This document shows positions 49,123 through 57,682 of a stretch of 64,000 nucleotides of DNA, piece after piece. Both the position numbers and the translations under genes were made by a program. Position 1 is the first letter of the stretch; every line of letters starts with the position of its first letter. The notes under the pieces were generated by a model. That model was given only the letters and a program-made list of their open reading frames with translations, searched no databases and was not told the DNA's origin. Source of the DNA: an uncultured Treponema sp. (GTDB taxonomy: Bacteria; Spirochaetota; Spirochaetia; Treponematales; Treponemataceae); the NCBI GenBank assembly GCA_949300145.1, contig CASGDA010000009.1, positions 4,749 to 68,748 of the forward strand, written 5' to 3'.

Positions 49123-49133
49123 TTTTCCGCGGT

Positions 49134-50783
49134 TCAGGGAGTGTCCGCGGTAAGTTTGCTTTTCTCCTCCTCTATGTATGCGGCATCAGGCGCAAAGGGG
49201 AGGAGAGCGCTTTCCCCTTTTGCGGACGCCTCCGCGTTTTCCGCTATTTCCGTGCGGCCGGTTTCCAGCGCTGTGTTTTCCAGAGTCTCTATTTCTGATA
49301 TAAGCCATTTGTCTTTTGAAAACACAAGGGAAACCTTGTCCACGCACCGGTAGACGGTAACCGGCGGGGATTTTGTTTCCTCTCCCCGGATTTGTCCTGA
49401 CGCGCTGTCGAAAAACGGAAGCCACAGGAAAAAGGAGACAAGGAATTCCTCCTTTTCAGGATTTTCCGGGCCGCCTGATTCCCTTGTTTTTTCCATCCGC
49501 AGTTTTGTTATTCCATAAATCTGCATACCGTCAAGTGCAGGCGTTTTTTTTTCCGGAACCGCCGCATAAAAGAATGCGGGGGTTATCCAGGCGTTTTGTA
49601 TCTCCATTGCCTGACGTATTTTCATCTGCAAATATATATTTGTCGTAAGCTCTATGTATTTGTTGTCCGCTTTTTTCAGGCTGTAAGCTTTCGGGATTTC
49701 CTGGTCCAGCGTTTCAACCGCTTCGTAGAATGATTCCACGACCTGACCTGCTTCAAGGCCGGAAGTGTCCGGATAATTTTTTGCTTTGTTGTAATAAAAT
49801 GAAAAAACACCGGAGATGACAATAACCGCGGCGGCCGCCGCCGCAAACACCGCCCTGTATTTGCTTATCTTTTCTCCGGTTTCAATCCGCCGGATTATTT
49901 TTGTTTCTTCAGTTTTGAATTTCTGTTTGAAACTTTCCGGTTCCGGGCTTCCTTTTTTTTCCGGATCAAAAATGGAATTAAAATCTGTATCGAAGGAATC
50001 AAGAATCTTTAAGGCTGTTTCCTCAGTGAGTTTTTTTCCGCCGGTTGTTTGCCCTGCCAGCAGGGTGTTGATTTTGCCAGCGGTTGAGTCGGTGATACCC
50101 CAAACCGCATCCTGAATTTTTACAAAAGCTTTTTTCCCAACAAGTTTTGCGAAATTCTCCGGGCAGGTTTTTTCTTCTTCCTTCCCCATCCCCATGCCGT
50201 TCAGTGTATGAAAAGGCGGAAAACCGGCGGCGGTTTTGTAAGCGCAGCAGGCAAACGTAAAGGCAAGGGCCCGGATATCGTTCCCCTGCTCTCCGTGTTT
50301 TTCAGATTCGGGATGTATCCATTCCCCCTGTGTTTCAAAGGCTGTTTTTTCCGGAAGGGAAGAAATGCAGCGTGAAAACAATTCCGGCGGAAAAATCAGG
50401 ACGCTTCCGTCTTTCCCGCGGAAAATTCCTGCGGGGCCTGTTTTTGCGGCTGCCGCGGTTGCTGCCTTTGATTTTGATATTGCCGACGTACAGGCGACAA
50501 GCATTTCCCAGGTTTCTTCCCGGGAATCCTTCCCGCTGGTAATCATGTCCAGAAGATTTTCACCTTCAAAATCTTCCCCGAAAAATATCACCGATCCTTT
50601 TTCCTGAAGAAAGTATGTGCCCTTTATTTCCCATTCGGATTGGGTTCCCCCGGATAAAAGGATTCCCCTTTCCTTTATGAATGCGGCACGGCCGCTTTTT
50701 GCAAAGGCATCCGGAGGGAGTGTGCTGTCAATGGCCAGCACTTTTTTGTTTTCTATTTCTGTGCGTAAAAAAGCGGCGGACAT
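49134..50783 (-). CDS. hypothetical single-pass membrane protein with a degenerate kinase-like N-terminal domain
   Basis: 549 aa with a central TM segment AVFAAAAAAVIVISGVFSFYY. N-terminal features are described in findings. It lies 35 nt downstream of hflC on the same strand. Confidence 0.55.
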   Translation of the reverse strand: MSAAFLRTEIENKKVLAIDSTLPPDAFAKSGRAAFIKERGILLSGGTQSEWEIKGTYFLQEKGSVIFFGEDFEGENLLDMITSGKDSREETWEMLVACTSAISKSKAATAAAAKTGPAGIFRGKDGSVLIFPPELFSRCISSLPEKTAFETQGEWIHPESEKHGEQGNDIRALAFTFACCAYKTAAGFPPFHTLNGMGMGKEEEKTCPENFAKLVGKKAFVKIQDAVWGITDSTAGKINTLLAGQTTGGKKLTEETALKILDSFDTDFNSIFDPEKKGSPEPESFKQKFKTEETKIIRRIETGEKISKYRAVFAAAAAAVIVISGVFSFYYNKAKNYPDTSGLEAGQVVESFYEAVETLDQEIPKAYSLKKADNKYIELTTNIYLQMKIRQAMEIQNAWITPAFFYAAVPEKKTPALDGMQIYGITKLRMEKTRESGGPENPEKEEFLVSFFLWLPFFDSASGQIRGEETKSPPVTVYRCVDKVSLVFSKDKWLISEIETLENTALETGRTEIAENAEASAKGESALLPFAPDAAYIEEEKSKLTADTP

Positions 50784-50818
50784 TTTCAGAATTCTTTGCC
50801 GAAACGATTCCCGTTCCC

Positions 50819-51799
50819 TCAGCGTCCTGAAGGCGAATGCATGTAACGGAAAAAATCCATCTCTGTTGTCAGGATTTTATCGAAATTCGGCACGGTCGTT
50901 TTATAGGCTTCCATGCTGCGCCAGAAGCGGAAAAATTCCGGATCCTTGCTGTAAGCTTCCGCGTAAATCTTTGAGGCTTCTGCGTCCGCTTCACCCCGGA
51001 TTTTTTCCGATGTGCTGTAAGCGCTTGAGATAAGCCGCTTCCGCTCGTTTTCCAGCATTCCCATCCAGGCCGCTTTCCGGCCCTCGCCGGTGGAACGGAA
51101 CCGCTGGGCGATCTGGTTTCTTTCTTTTATCATGCGGTTGTAAACGCTTTCCGTGAGTTCATCGGAATATTTTATCTGGCGGGGAACAATGTCCAGAAGT
51201 TCTATGCCGAATTCCGGCACCTTCTCCCTCGCGATATCAGCCATTTCCGTGCTTAAATCACGCCTTCCCCTGGAGATTGTCTCGTAAACGATTTTCTCTC
51301 CCGTGGAGAAATCCTCCATCTCTACTTCCTCAGCGTCGTTTCCAAGGGCGAAATTTTCTTCATGCTGAAGCTCGTTTATCAGGTTGGAGCTGCGCACCAC
51401 TTCGTTTAGTCCGGAGGAGGTTATGACCGTCCGCACCGCTGAGTCAACTATGTCGCTCAGACGGGAATAGGCTGTTTCAATGGTGGTCGATGATTCATAG
51501 AACTTCACCGGATCGATTATTCTCCAGCGGCTTGTCGTTTCCACAATGATAAACTGGTTTTCCCTTGTCGGGATTCTCTGTGAGTCCCCTTCAAGGGACA
51601 TAACCTTTTTCGGATACACCACTATGTTTTCTATAAACGGGATTTTTATTTTAAGCCCCGCTGTTGTTGTGGAACGGACAATTTCCCCGAAACGTATTAC
51701 AACACACTGGGTTCCTTCATCTATCACGTAAAAGGTTCCGCTTATTATGACTGCCAATACAATTACAGCGCATATGATTCCGACAGATTTCTTTTTCAT
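50819..51799 (-). CDS. hflC: protease modulator HflC (SPFH domain)
   Basis: N-terminal TM segment, YVIDEGTQCVVIRFGEIV, and an SPFH core. It overlaps hflK by 4 nt. Confidence 0.85.
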   Translation of the reverse strand: MKKKSVGIICAVIVLAVIISGTFYVIDEGTQCVVIRFGEIVRSTTTAGLKIKIPFIENIVVYPKKVMSLEGDSQRIPTRENQFIIVETTSRWRIIDPVKFYESSTTIETAYSRLSDIVDSAVRTVITSSGLNEVVRSSNLINELQHEENFALGNDAEEVEMEDFSTGEKIVYETISRGRRDLSTEMADIAREKVPEFGIELLDIVPRQIKYSDELTESVYNRMIKERNQIAQRFRSTGEGRKAAWMGMLENERKRLISSAYSTSEKIRGEADAEASKIYAEAYSKDPEFFRFWRSMEAYKTTVPNFDKILTTEMDFFRYMHSPSGR

Positions 51800-52752
51800 T
51801 GAACGGCTCCCTGTTCCATTTGTTTAATTGGAAGGAAATTTTCCAAGTCTTTGTCAATTAAAGAAGTGCCTTCTTTTTCAGAGAACAGGGATTCCCATGT
51901 TTCGAGGTAAAGCCTGTTTTTGGTCACTTCCGGAGCTTTCCTGTATTCTTCGTACACGGCGTTGAATCTGGCGGTTTCACCCGAAGCCCTGTTTATACGC
52001 TCCGTGGCGTATCCCCTGGCGACCTGCACCATTTGTTCAGCTTCACCGGCAGCCTTCGGTATTTCAGAATTGTATGCTTCCTTGCCTTCGTTTATCAGGC
52101 GGTTCATGTCCTGGATGGCTTTATTCACGTCCTCGAAGGCTGCCTGCACTCCGGGAGGCGGCACTATGTTTTGAAGCTGGACACTGATGACGGAAACCCC
52201 GAGCCCGAATTCCTGGAGCTGCGCATTCATCATGGTCACGGCGTTTGCCTCGATTGCGGTTCTTTCCGGACCTATTACGTCCAGGATAGCCCTGTCGCCG
52301 ACCAGGGCGTTTATCACAGCCTGGGACACATCCCTGATTGTACTTACGCGTACATCCCCCAGCACATTGAACAGCCATGCCCTCGGATCATTTATCCTGT
52401 ATTGGATTATCCATTCAACATCAACTATATTCAGGTCTCCCGTGAGCATGGTTGATTCCCTTGCCATGTTCTCCTGGGTTTGCGAGCGGGTTCTTCCTGT
52501 TGAGCTGAATCCGAATTGTTCCGTCTGCACGATTTTTGTAGGCACGTTGTAATGTCTGTCTATGCCCCATGGTAATTTGAAGTGAAGGCCCGGTCCAACC
52601 GTTTTCTGGTATTTGCCGAACCGTGTAATTACACTGTCTTCTGTCTGGTCCACGATAAATACTGATGTGCCGACCAGGGACAGCACCGCAAGAACCACCG
52701 CCGCACGGACGACGCCTTTTTTGACTTTATCAAAATTAAAATTGGTACCCAT
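51796..52752 (-). CDS. hflK: protease modulator HflK (SPFH domain)
   Basis: TM segment, VITRFGKYQKTVGPGLHFKLPWGID, and an SPFH core. Confidence 0.85.
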   Translation of the reverse strand: MGTNFNFDKVKKGVVRAAVVLAVLSLVGTSVFIVDQTEDSVITRFGKYQKTVGPGLHFKLPWGIDRHYNVPTKIVQTEQFGFSSTGRTRSQTQENMARESTMLTGDLNIVDVEWIIQYRINDPRAWLFNVLGDVRVSTIRDVSQAVINALVGDRAILDVIGPERTAIEANAVTMMNAQLQEFGLGVSVISVQLQNIVPPPGVQAAFEDVNKAIQDMNRLINEGKEAYNSEIPKAAGEAEQMVQVARGYATERINRASGETARFNAVYEEYRKAPEVTKNRLYLETWESLFSEKEGTSLIDKDLENFLPIKQMEQGAVQ

Positions 52753-52776
52753 GTGTTCTCCGTTTTCAGGTTAGTA

Positions 52777-52805
52777 TTGCATAAAATTATGAAAATGTAT
52801 ATCAT
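52777..52805 (+). promoter_or_regulatory. possible sigma-70 promoter giving a leaderless rpoZ transcript
   Basis: TTGCAT (52777-52782), a 17-nt spacer, then TATCAT (52800-52805). The ATG at 52812 is 7 nt after the -10 and has no Shine-Dalgarno. Confidence 0.3.
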
Positions 52806-52811
52806 ATTCCC

Positions 52812-53006
52812 ATGATTTTTCCATTAGAGCAGCTCATAGAATTTACCGGTAACGTTTATGAAATTACCTGTGCGGCTGTGCGCAGGGCATACCAGTTGTC
52901 CATGGTGAAGGATCCTGAAATCGAAGACAACGACGGTAAGGTTGTTTCCCTTGCGGCCCGGCAAGTATTCACAAAGCAGGTTGAATACCAGATAGAAGAC
53001 CAGTAA
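52812..53006 (+). CDS. rpoZ: DNA-directed RNA polymerase subunit omega
   Basis: 64 aa. NVYEITCAAVRRAYQL and a downstream KVVSLAARQV resemble the RpoZ core (xxYxLxxxxxxRArql ... K.v..Al.Ei). Confidence 0.6.
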   Translation: MIFPLEQLIEFTGNVYEITCAAVRRAYQLSMVKDPEIEDNDGKVVSLAARQVFTKQVEYQIEDQ

Positions 53007-53013
53007 TCCGTGA

Positions 53014-53991
53014 ATGGCTTGTATTCCGGTTTTTGTTGTATTCGGAGCTACCGCTTCCGGTAAGACAAAACTTGTCGAGTCTCTCTGGTCAGGTTCCGGC
53101 GAGATTGAAGTGATAAGTGCGGATTCAATGCAGGTTTACCGCGGGATGGACATAGGAACCGCGAAACCGGATTCCGCATTGTTGGAAAAGCTTCCCCACC
53201 ATTTAATCGATATACGTAATCCCGACGAGCATTTTTGCGCCGGCGATTTTGTGCGCGAGGCGGATTTATGCTGTTCCTCCATTTATTCCCGGGGGAAGAT
53301 TCCTGTCATATGCGGCGGAACCGGTTTTTACATACGGAATTTCCTTTATGGTCTTCCGTCCACTCCCCAGTCGAACCCGGAGACAAGAAGAAAACTTGCT
53401 GACAGAATGAAAAAAGAAGGTGCGCCGGCCCTGCTTGAAGAACTGGGGAAAATCGATCCTGCCAGGGCTTCAAAACTTAATGTCCGTGATGAATACCGGA
53501 TACTCCGGGCCCTGGAGATTTTTTATGATTCGGGGACAGCGCAAAGTGACTTTTCTCTTCCGGAAAATACAAGGGAAGGTTATTCGTTTAAGGTTGTTTC
53601 CCTCGTCCGTCCCAGGGAGGAGCTTTACCGGCGCATAGAAAACCGCTGCATGGATATGTTCTCCGCAGGTTTGGAACAGGAGATCGCCGGTCTTGTCCGT
53701 TCCGGCTGCCGGGCTGATTTCCCCGGAATGAGGGCGATAGGCTACCGGGAGTTTTTCCAGGAACCGGGTTGCGCTGAAATCATGGCGGATGGAAATAAAC
53801 TTCCTGAGAACCTCCTTTCTTCGGTTTTCCAGCGTATTGTAAGGGACAGCAAACGTTATGCAAAACGGCAGGAAACCTTTATAAAGCCTCTTCCCGGGGT
53901 GATTCATCTTCAAGTGGAAAAGGAAGGGGAATACGGGGCGCAGGAAAAACTGCGGGAAATATTCGGCGCTTTCGCCGCGGGAAATCTTTGA
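53014..53991 (+). CDS. miaA: tRNA dimethylallyltransferase
   Basis: GATASGKT P-loop and ADSMQVYRGMDIGTAKP. Confidence 0.93.
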   Translation: MACIPVFVVFGATASGKTKLVESLWSGSGEIEVISADSMQVYRGMDIGTAKPDSALLEKLPHHLIDIRNPDEHFCAGDFVREADLCCSSIYSRGKIPVICGGTGFYIRNFLYGLPSTPQSNPETRRKLADRMKKEGAPALLEELGKIDPARASKLNVRDEYRILRALEIFYDSGTAQSDFSLPENTREGYSFKVVSLVRPREELYRRIENRCMDMFSAGLEQEIAGLVRSGCRADFPGMRAIGYREFFQEPGCAEIMADGNKLPENLLSSVFQRIVRDSKRYAKRQETFIKPLPGVIHLQVEKEGEYGAQEKLREIFGAFAAGNL

Positions 53992-54039
53992 TGGTGTTGC
54001 GGGGGAGAGTCCCGCCGGATTCGCCGGAGGAAGGAATTT

Positions 54040-54705
54040 ATGGAATTCAATATTGGAATTGATGCTGTTGTTTTTGATATGGACGGGGTTCTCCTTGATA
54101 CGGAGAGGGTCAGCGAGCAGGCCTGGATAACCGCCTCCCGGGAGATAGGTTCCGGGGATGCGGAGGAAATGTATGCATCCTGTGTCGGCATGACGGAGCC
54201 TATGATACGGGCGTCAATCGAAAGACGCATAGGGAAAAAGGCCGCGGATGATTTTTTTGCCGGATGGAACAGGGAATTCGATAAAATCATTGCCGAGGAC
54301 GGGGTTCCCGTTATGCCGTATGCGGGGGAAGCCCTGGAGAATCTGCGCGGTAAATTCCGGCTCGCCCTCGCTTCTTCCACCAGAGGGGAGCTTGTCAGGA
54401 AACAGCTTGGGGACGCCGGTCTGCTGGATTTTTTTGAAGTTGTTGTCTCCGGGGATATGGTGGGGAAGGGAAAGCCGGATCCTGAAATATACAGGACAGC
54501 CTGTAATTTTCTTAATCTTCCCCCGGAAAAATGCGCGGCGGTTGAGGACAGCCCCAACGGAATTATGAGTGCGTATTCCGCCGGCCTGAAGCCTGTAATG
54601 ATTCCTGACAGAATAAAGCCGGATGAAGAAACCGGCAGACTTTTGTGGAAATTATTTCCGTCTTTGCGGGATTTATGTATGTTTCTTTTGCAGGGGGTAT
54701 GCTGA
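54040..54705 (+). CDS. HAD-family hydrolase (beta-phosphoglucomutase-like subfamily)
   Basis: VVFDMDGVLLDTE (DxDG), SSTRG, GKGKPDPEIY and VEDSPNGI motifs. Confidence 0.85.
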   Translation: MEFNIGIDAVVFDMDGVLLDTERVSEQAWITASREIGSGDAEEMYASCVGMTEPMIRASIERRIGKKAADDFFAGWNREFDKIIAEDGVPVMPYAGEALENLRGKFRLALASSTRGELVRKQLGDAGLLDFFEVVVSGDMVGKGKPDPEIYRTACNFLNLPPEKCAAVEDSPNGIMSAYSAGLKPVMIPDRIKPDEETGRLLWKLFPSLRDLCMFLLQGVC

Positions 54706-55121
54706 CCATGACACAGTCGCTGGAAGATGTGAGAAAATGTTTTTCCGCTGATAAATTTGCAACTGAGGCGGCGGGGATTGTAGTAGAAAAGGCGGAGCCT
54801 TGTTACGCGGAATGTTCCATGAAAATTCAACCGCTGCATTTGAACGCCGCCGGAGCTGTCATGGGCGGCGCAATATTCACGCTGGCTGATTTTTGCTTTG
54901 CCGTGGCCTCCAATAACAACAATGACTCAGGCAGCTTCGTTTCCCTTTCCTGCCAGATATCCTTTACAGGCAGGGCGAAAGGAAGCGTCCTGAAAGGGGA
55001 GGCGAAATGCGTGAAATCAGGCAGAAGCACGTGCCTGTATACGGTTGATGTGACGGACGATTTGGGGAACAAGGTTGCTTTCGCTCTCGTCAACGGTTTC
55101 AGGACATCAACTTCCTTATAA
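54699..55121 (+). CDS. PaaI-family hotdog-fold thioesterase
   Basis: LNAAGAVMGGAIFTLADFCFAVA is typical of PaaI/YigI. The start is uncertain: ATG at 54699 or 54708, while the ORF track starts at 54645 overlapping the HAD gene. Confidence 0.75.
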   Translation: MLTMTQSLEDVRKCFSADKFATEAAGIVVEKAEPCYAECSMKIQPLHLNAAGAVMGGAIFTLADFCFAVASNNNNDSGSFVSLSCQISFTGRAKGSVLKGEAKCVKSGRSTCLYTVDVTDDLGNKVAFALVNGFRTSTSL

Positions 55122-55162
55122 AACCATACGGCCTCCAAGTAGGTACGGTGTACATTTATATA

Positions 55163-55191
55163 TTGTATTTTATTCCGTACAAATGTATACT
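55163..55191 (+). promoter_or_regulatory. sigma-70 promoter candidate for the META-domain gene
   Basis: TTGTAT (55163-55168), a 17-nt spacer, then TATACT (55186-55191). Confidence 0.35.
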
Positions 55192-55234
55192 TTCAGAAAC
55201 AAATGCAAGTCATGTTTTGGAGGGTAAGTAAATT

Positions 55235-56080
55235 ATGAGGAATTTGGTTGGACTGTTCGCCGGTATCGCGGCTGTATGCGCTTTTTTTTCTTCCTGCGCG
55301 TCAACAAAAGTTTTGGAAACTTCATCAGCGGATATTTCCGGGGACTGGATACTTTCTTCTCTTGAATATGATGCCGACCTTTATGACGGGTATGACGCCG
55401 CCGCGGACTTCATCGCGGATCTGGAAAATTCCGGAAAGACAACGGGTATAAGTTTTTCCGCGGATAAAACCACTGAAGATGTTTTTGTGGTTTACGGTTT
55501 TTCGGGGGTGAATTCTTATAACGGGACCGTTTCTTTTAACGGAGGCTCTTTGCTCGAAAATCCCCCCGCCGCCACCCTGGTTTCCGGTGCCCCGAAGGCG
55601 GAGCGTTTTGAACGTGTTTTCCTTCAGATGCTTGCAAAGGTTGAGACAGCTTCCGTTTCTTCAGATGATTCGACTCTCACCATGGCGGATACAGATGGGG
55701 CGAATGTCATGGTTTTCAAACGTTTTGAGTTGGCGGATACCTCCTGGGGGCTTTCCGCCTATAATACCGGTAACGCTGTAGTTTCACTTCCAACCCAGGT
55801 AGATATTCCCACCCTCGTTTTTGGTGACGCCGGAAACCTTTCCGGGTCAACCGGTGTCAACAGGATGACAGGTTCTTTTTCTTCGGATTCAAAAACAAGG
55901 GCTTTGTCTTTCGGGCCTCTTGGAACAACCCGCATGGCGCCTGCGTCACCTCAGCTGGGAGAACTTGAAGCCGCTTATCTGGAATTGCTGGGGAAAGCCG
56001 TCTCTTACCGCATTTCCGGATCTTCCCTTACCTTATGTGACGCTGACGGAAAAAGCCTTCTTGTGTTTTACATGATGTAG
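55235..56080 (+). CDS. META (HslJ-like) domain lipoprotein, two META repeats
   Basis: Lipobox-like AFFSSCAS. GDWILSSL...GVNSYNGTVSF and TSWGLSAY...GSTGVNRMTGSF...LELLGKAVSYRISGSSLTLCDADGKSLLVF are META-domain patterns. Confidence 0.7.
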   Translation: MRNLVGLFAGIAAVCAFFSSCASTKVLETSSADISGDWILSSLEYDADLYDGYDAAADFIADLENSGKTTGISFSADKTTEDVFVVYGFSGVNSYNGTVSFNGGSLLENPPAATLVSGAPKAERFERVFLQMLAKVETASVSSDDSTLTMADTDGANVMVFKRFELADTSWGLSAYNTGNAVVSLPTQVDIPTLVFGDAGNLSGSTGVNRMTGSFSSDSKTRALSFGPLGTTRMAPASPQLGELEAAYLELLGKAVSYRISGSSLTLCDADGKSLLVFYMM

Positions 56081-56128
56081 CGGCTTTACGGTGCGATTGC
56101 CGTAAAGTTACGGGTTCTGCGGGGAAAG

Positions 56129-56989
56129 ATGAAATCACAGCGGATTACGATTTATGATATTGCTGAAGAAGCGGGGGTTTCCATAACAACTGTTTCCAGG
56201 GCCTTGTCCAGAAAAGAAAAAGTAAAACCCGAAACCTATGAGCGTATAATGGATGTTGTACGCAAATATAATTTCCGCCCCAATGAGGCCGCAAAAATAT
56301 TGGCGGAGACAAAAAGCAAAATAATAGGCGTCATGGTTTCCCACATTGACAATCCGTTTTATGCCAATATGTTCATCTGGTGTGAGAGAATCGCGGATTT
56401 ATACGGATATTCGGCTGTTTTAGCCAATTCGATGGGGAGCTTGGAATATGAGCACCAGCTTCTTGAGCGCTTGTCGGCTCAGCGGGTTGCGGCCATCATA
56501 CAATTCGGCGGAAATGTTGATGAGTGTGTTTCTGACAAAAAATATACAGAGAAAGTGAAGAAAATAATGGCGGACATCCCCTTTGTAATCAGCGGCAGGC
56601 TGGACGGGGTGGATTGCTGCAGAGTCCAGATAAATGACATTACCGGAATCAATCTTGCCGTCGGGCATCTGGCGGAATTGGGGCACCGGAAAGTGGCGTT
56701 TATAGGCGGGAACATAAAACAGGTTCCAACCTTCCAAAAGCTCCGGGAATTTAAACGCCTTGTTTCATTTTATAATCTGGAAAATGATGAAGAGCTGATA
56801 TGCATTTCCAACGGGTTTTCCAATATTGACGGGTACGAATGCATGGAAAAGCTGATACGGAGCAATAAAATTCCCAGCGGAATAATTGCAATAAACGATT
56901 TTGTAGCGGCCGGAGTTATTCAGTCTCTTGTAAAACACGGCCTTTCCGTTCCGGATGATGTTTCAATCCTGAGTTTTGATGATACCTAA
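56129..56989 (+). pseudogene. LacI-family transcriptional regulator, 3'-truncated
   Basis: The N-terminal HTH is ITIYDIAEEAGVSITTVSRAL and the sugar-binding core is present. The protein stops at ...VSILSFDDT, right after the conserved xGxDD segment, so about 50 aa of a normal ~335-aa LacI protein are missing. Confidence 0.7.
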
Positions 56990-57682
56990 GAAGGTTTTAA
57001 CAATTACAAGTATGTCCTTACATATGAGAAAATAAATTATTTTCAAGTTGTTTTTAACAGTATGACAATCGCTGTTATGACTTCTCTGGGAGTTGCTGTT
57101 GTCACAACTCTTGCCGGGTATGCGTTTTCCAAAATGCATTTCCGGGGGAAGAATGCGATTTTCATTTTGATTTTAATATGTCTGGCTTTGCCTGTGGCGG
57201 CCGTAACAATGCCGATTTTCTTTACACTGGTAAAATTACGGTGTATCGACACATTGGCTGGTGTGATAATACCCCTTATAGCTTTCAATGTTCCCCAAAT
57301 GCTGTTGATAGTGAAAAATTATTTTGACGGTATTCCCAACGAGCTGCTGGAATCTGCAAAAATTGACGGGTCTTCAAGTTTTCATACGTATCGTGTTATT
57401 ATGATTCCGCTTGCAAAACCTATTCTTGCAAGTACCATGGTGCTGACATTTGTGTATTCCTGGAATGATTATTTGCTTCCCCTTCTTGTTATCCGTTCTG
57501 AAATCAATTATACGGTTACGCTTGCCGCGCAGTTTTTTATGGCTTCCACGTATCAGAGTCCGCTTGATGTGGCCCATTTGTACGCCGCTATGATTCTGCT
57601 TACGCTGCCTTCTGTGATAGTTTATTTACTCAGCCAGAAATATCTTCAGGCTGGTATTACCGCTGGAGCTGTAAAAGGGTGA
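56990..57682 (+). pseudogene. carbohydrate ABC transporter permease (MalG-like), 5'-truncated
   Basis: EAA loop ESAKIDGSSSFHTYRVIMIPLAKP. Permease-like sequence (EGFNNYKYVLTYEKINYFQVVFNS) continues upstream of the first ATG (57062) to the lacI stop codon. TM1 and about 50 N-terminal aa are missing. Confidence 0.7.

Noticed and set aside
52812-53006. 64-aa ORF between hflK and miaA considered as Hfq, by analogy with E. coli miaA-hfq-hflXKC
   Set aside because: It has no Sm1/Sm2-like motifs. The sequence pattern (YEITCAAVRRAYQL ...) fits RNA polymerase omega instead.
53910-54839. 309-aa minus-strand ORF
   Set aside because: It is antisense to the miaA 3' end, the HAD hydrolase and the thioesterase, all with clear family motifs on the plus strand. 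It has no motifs of its own.
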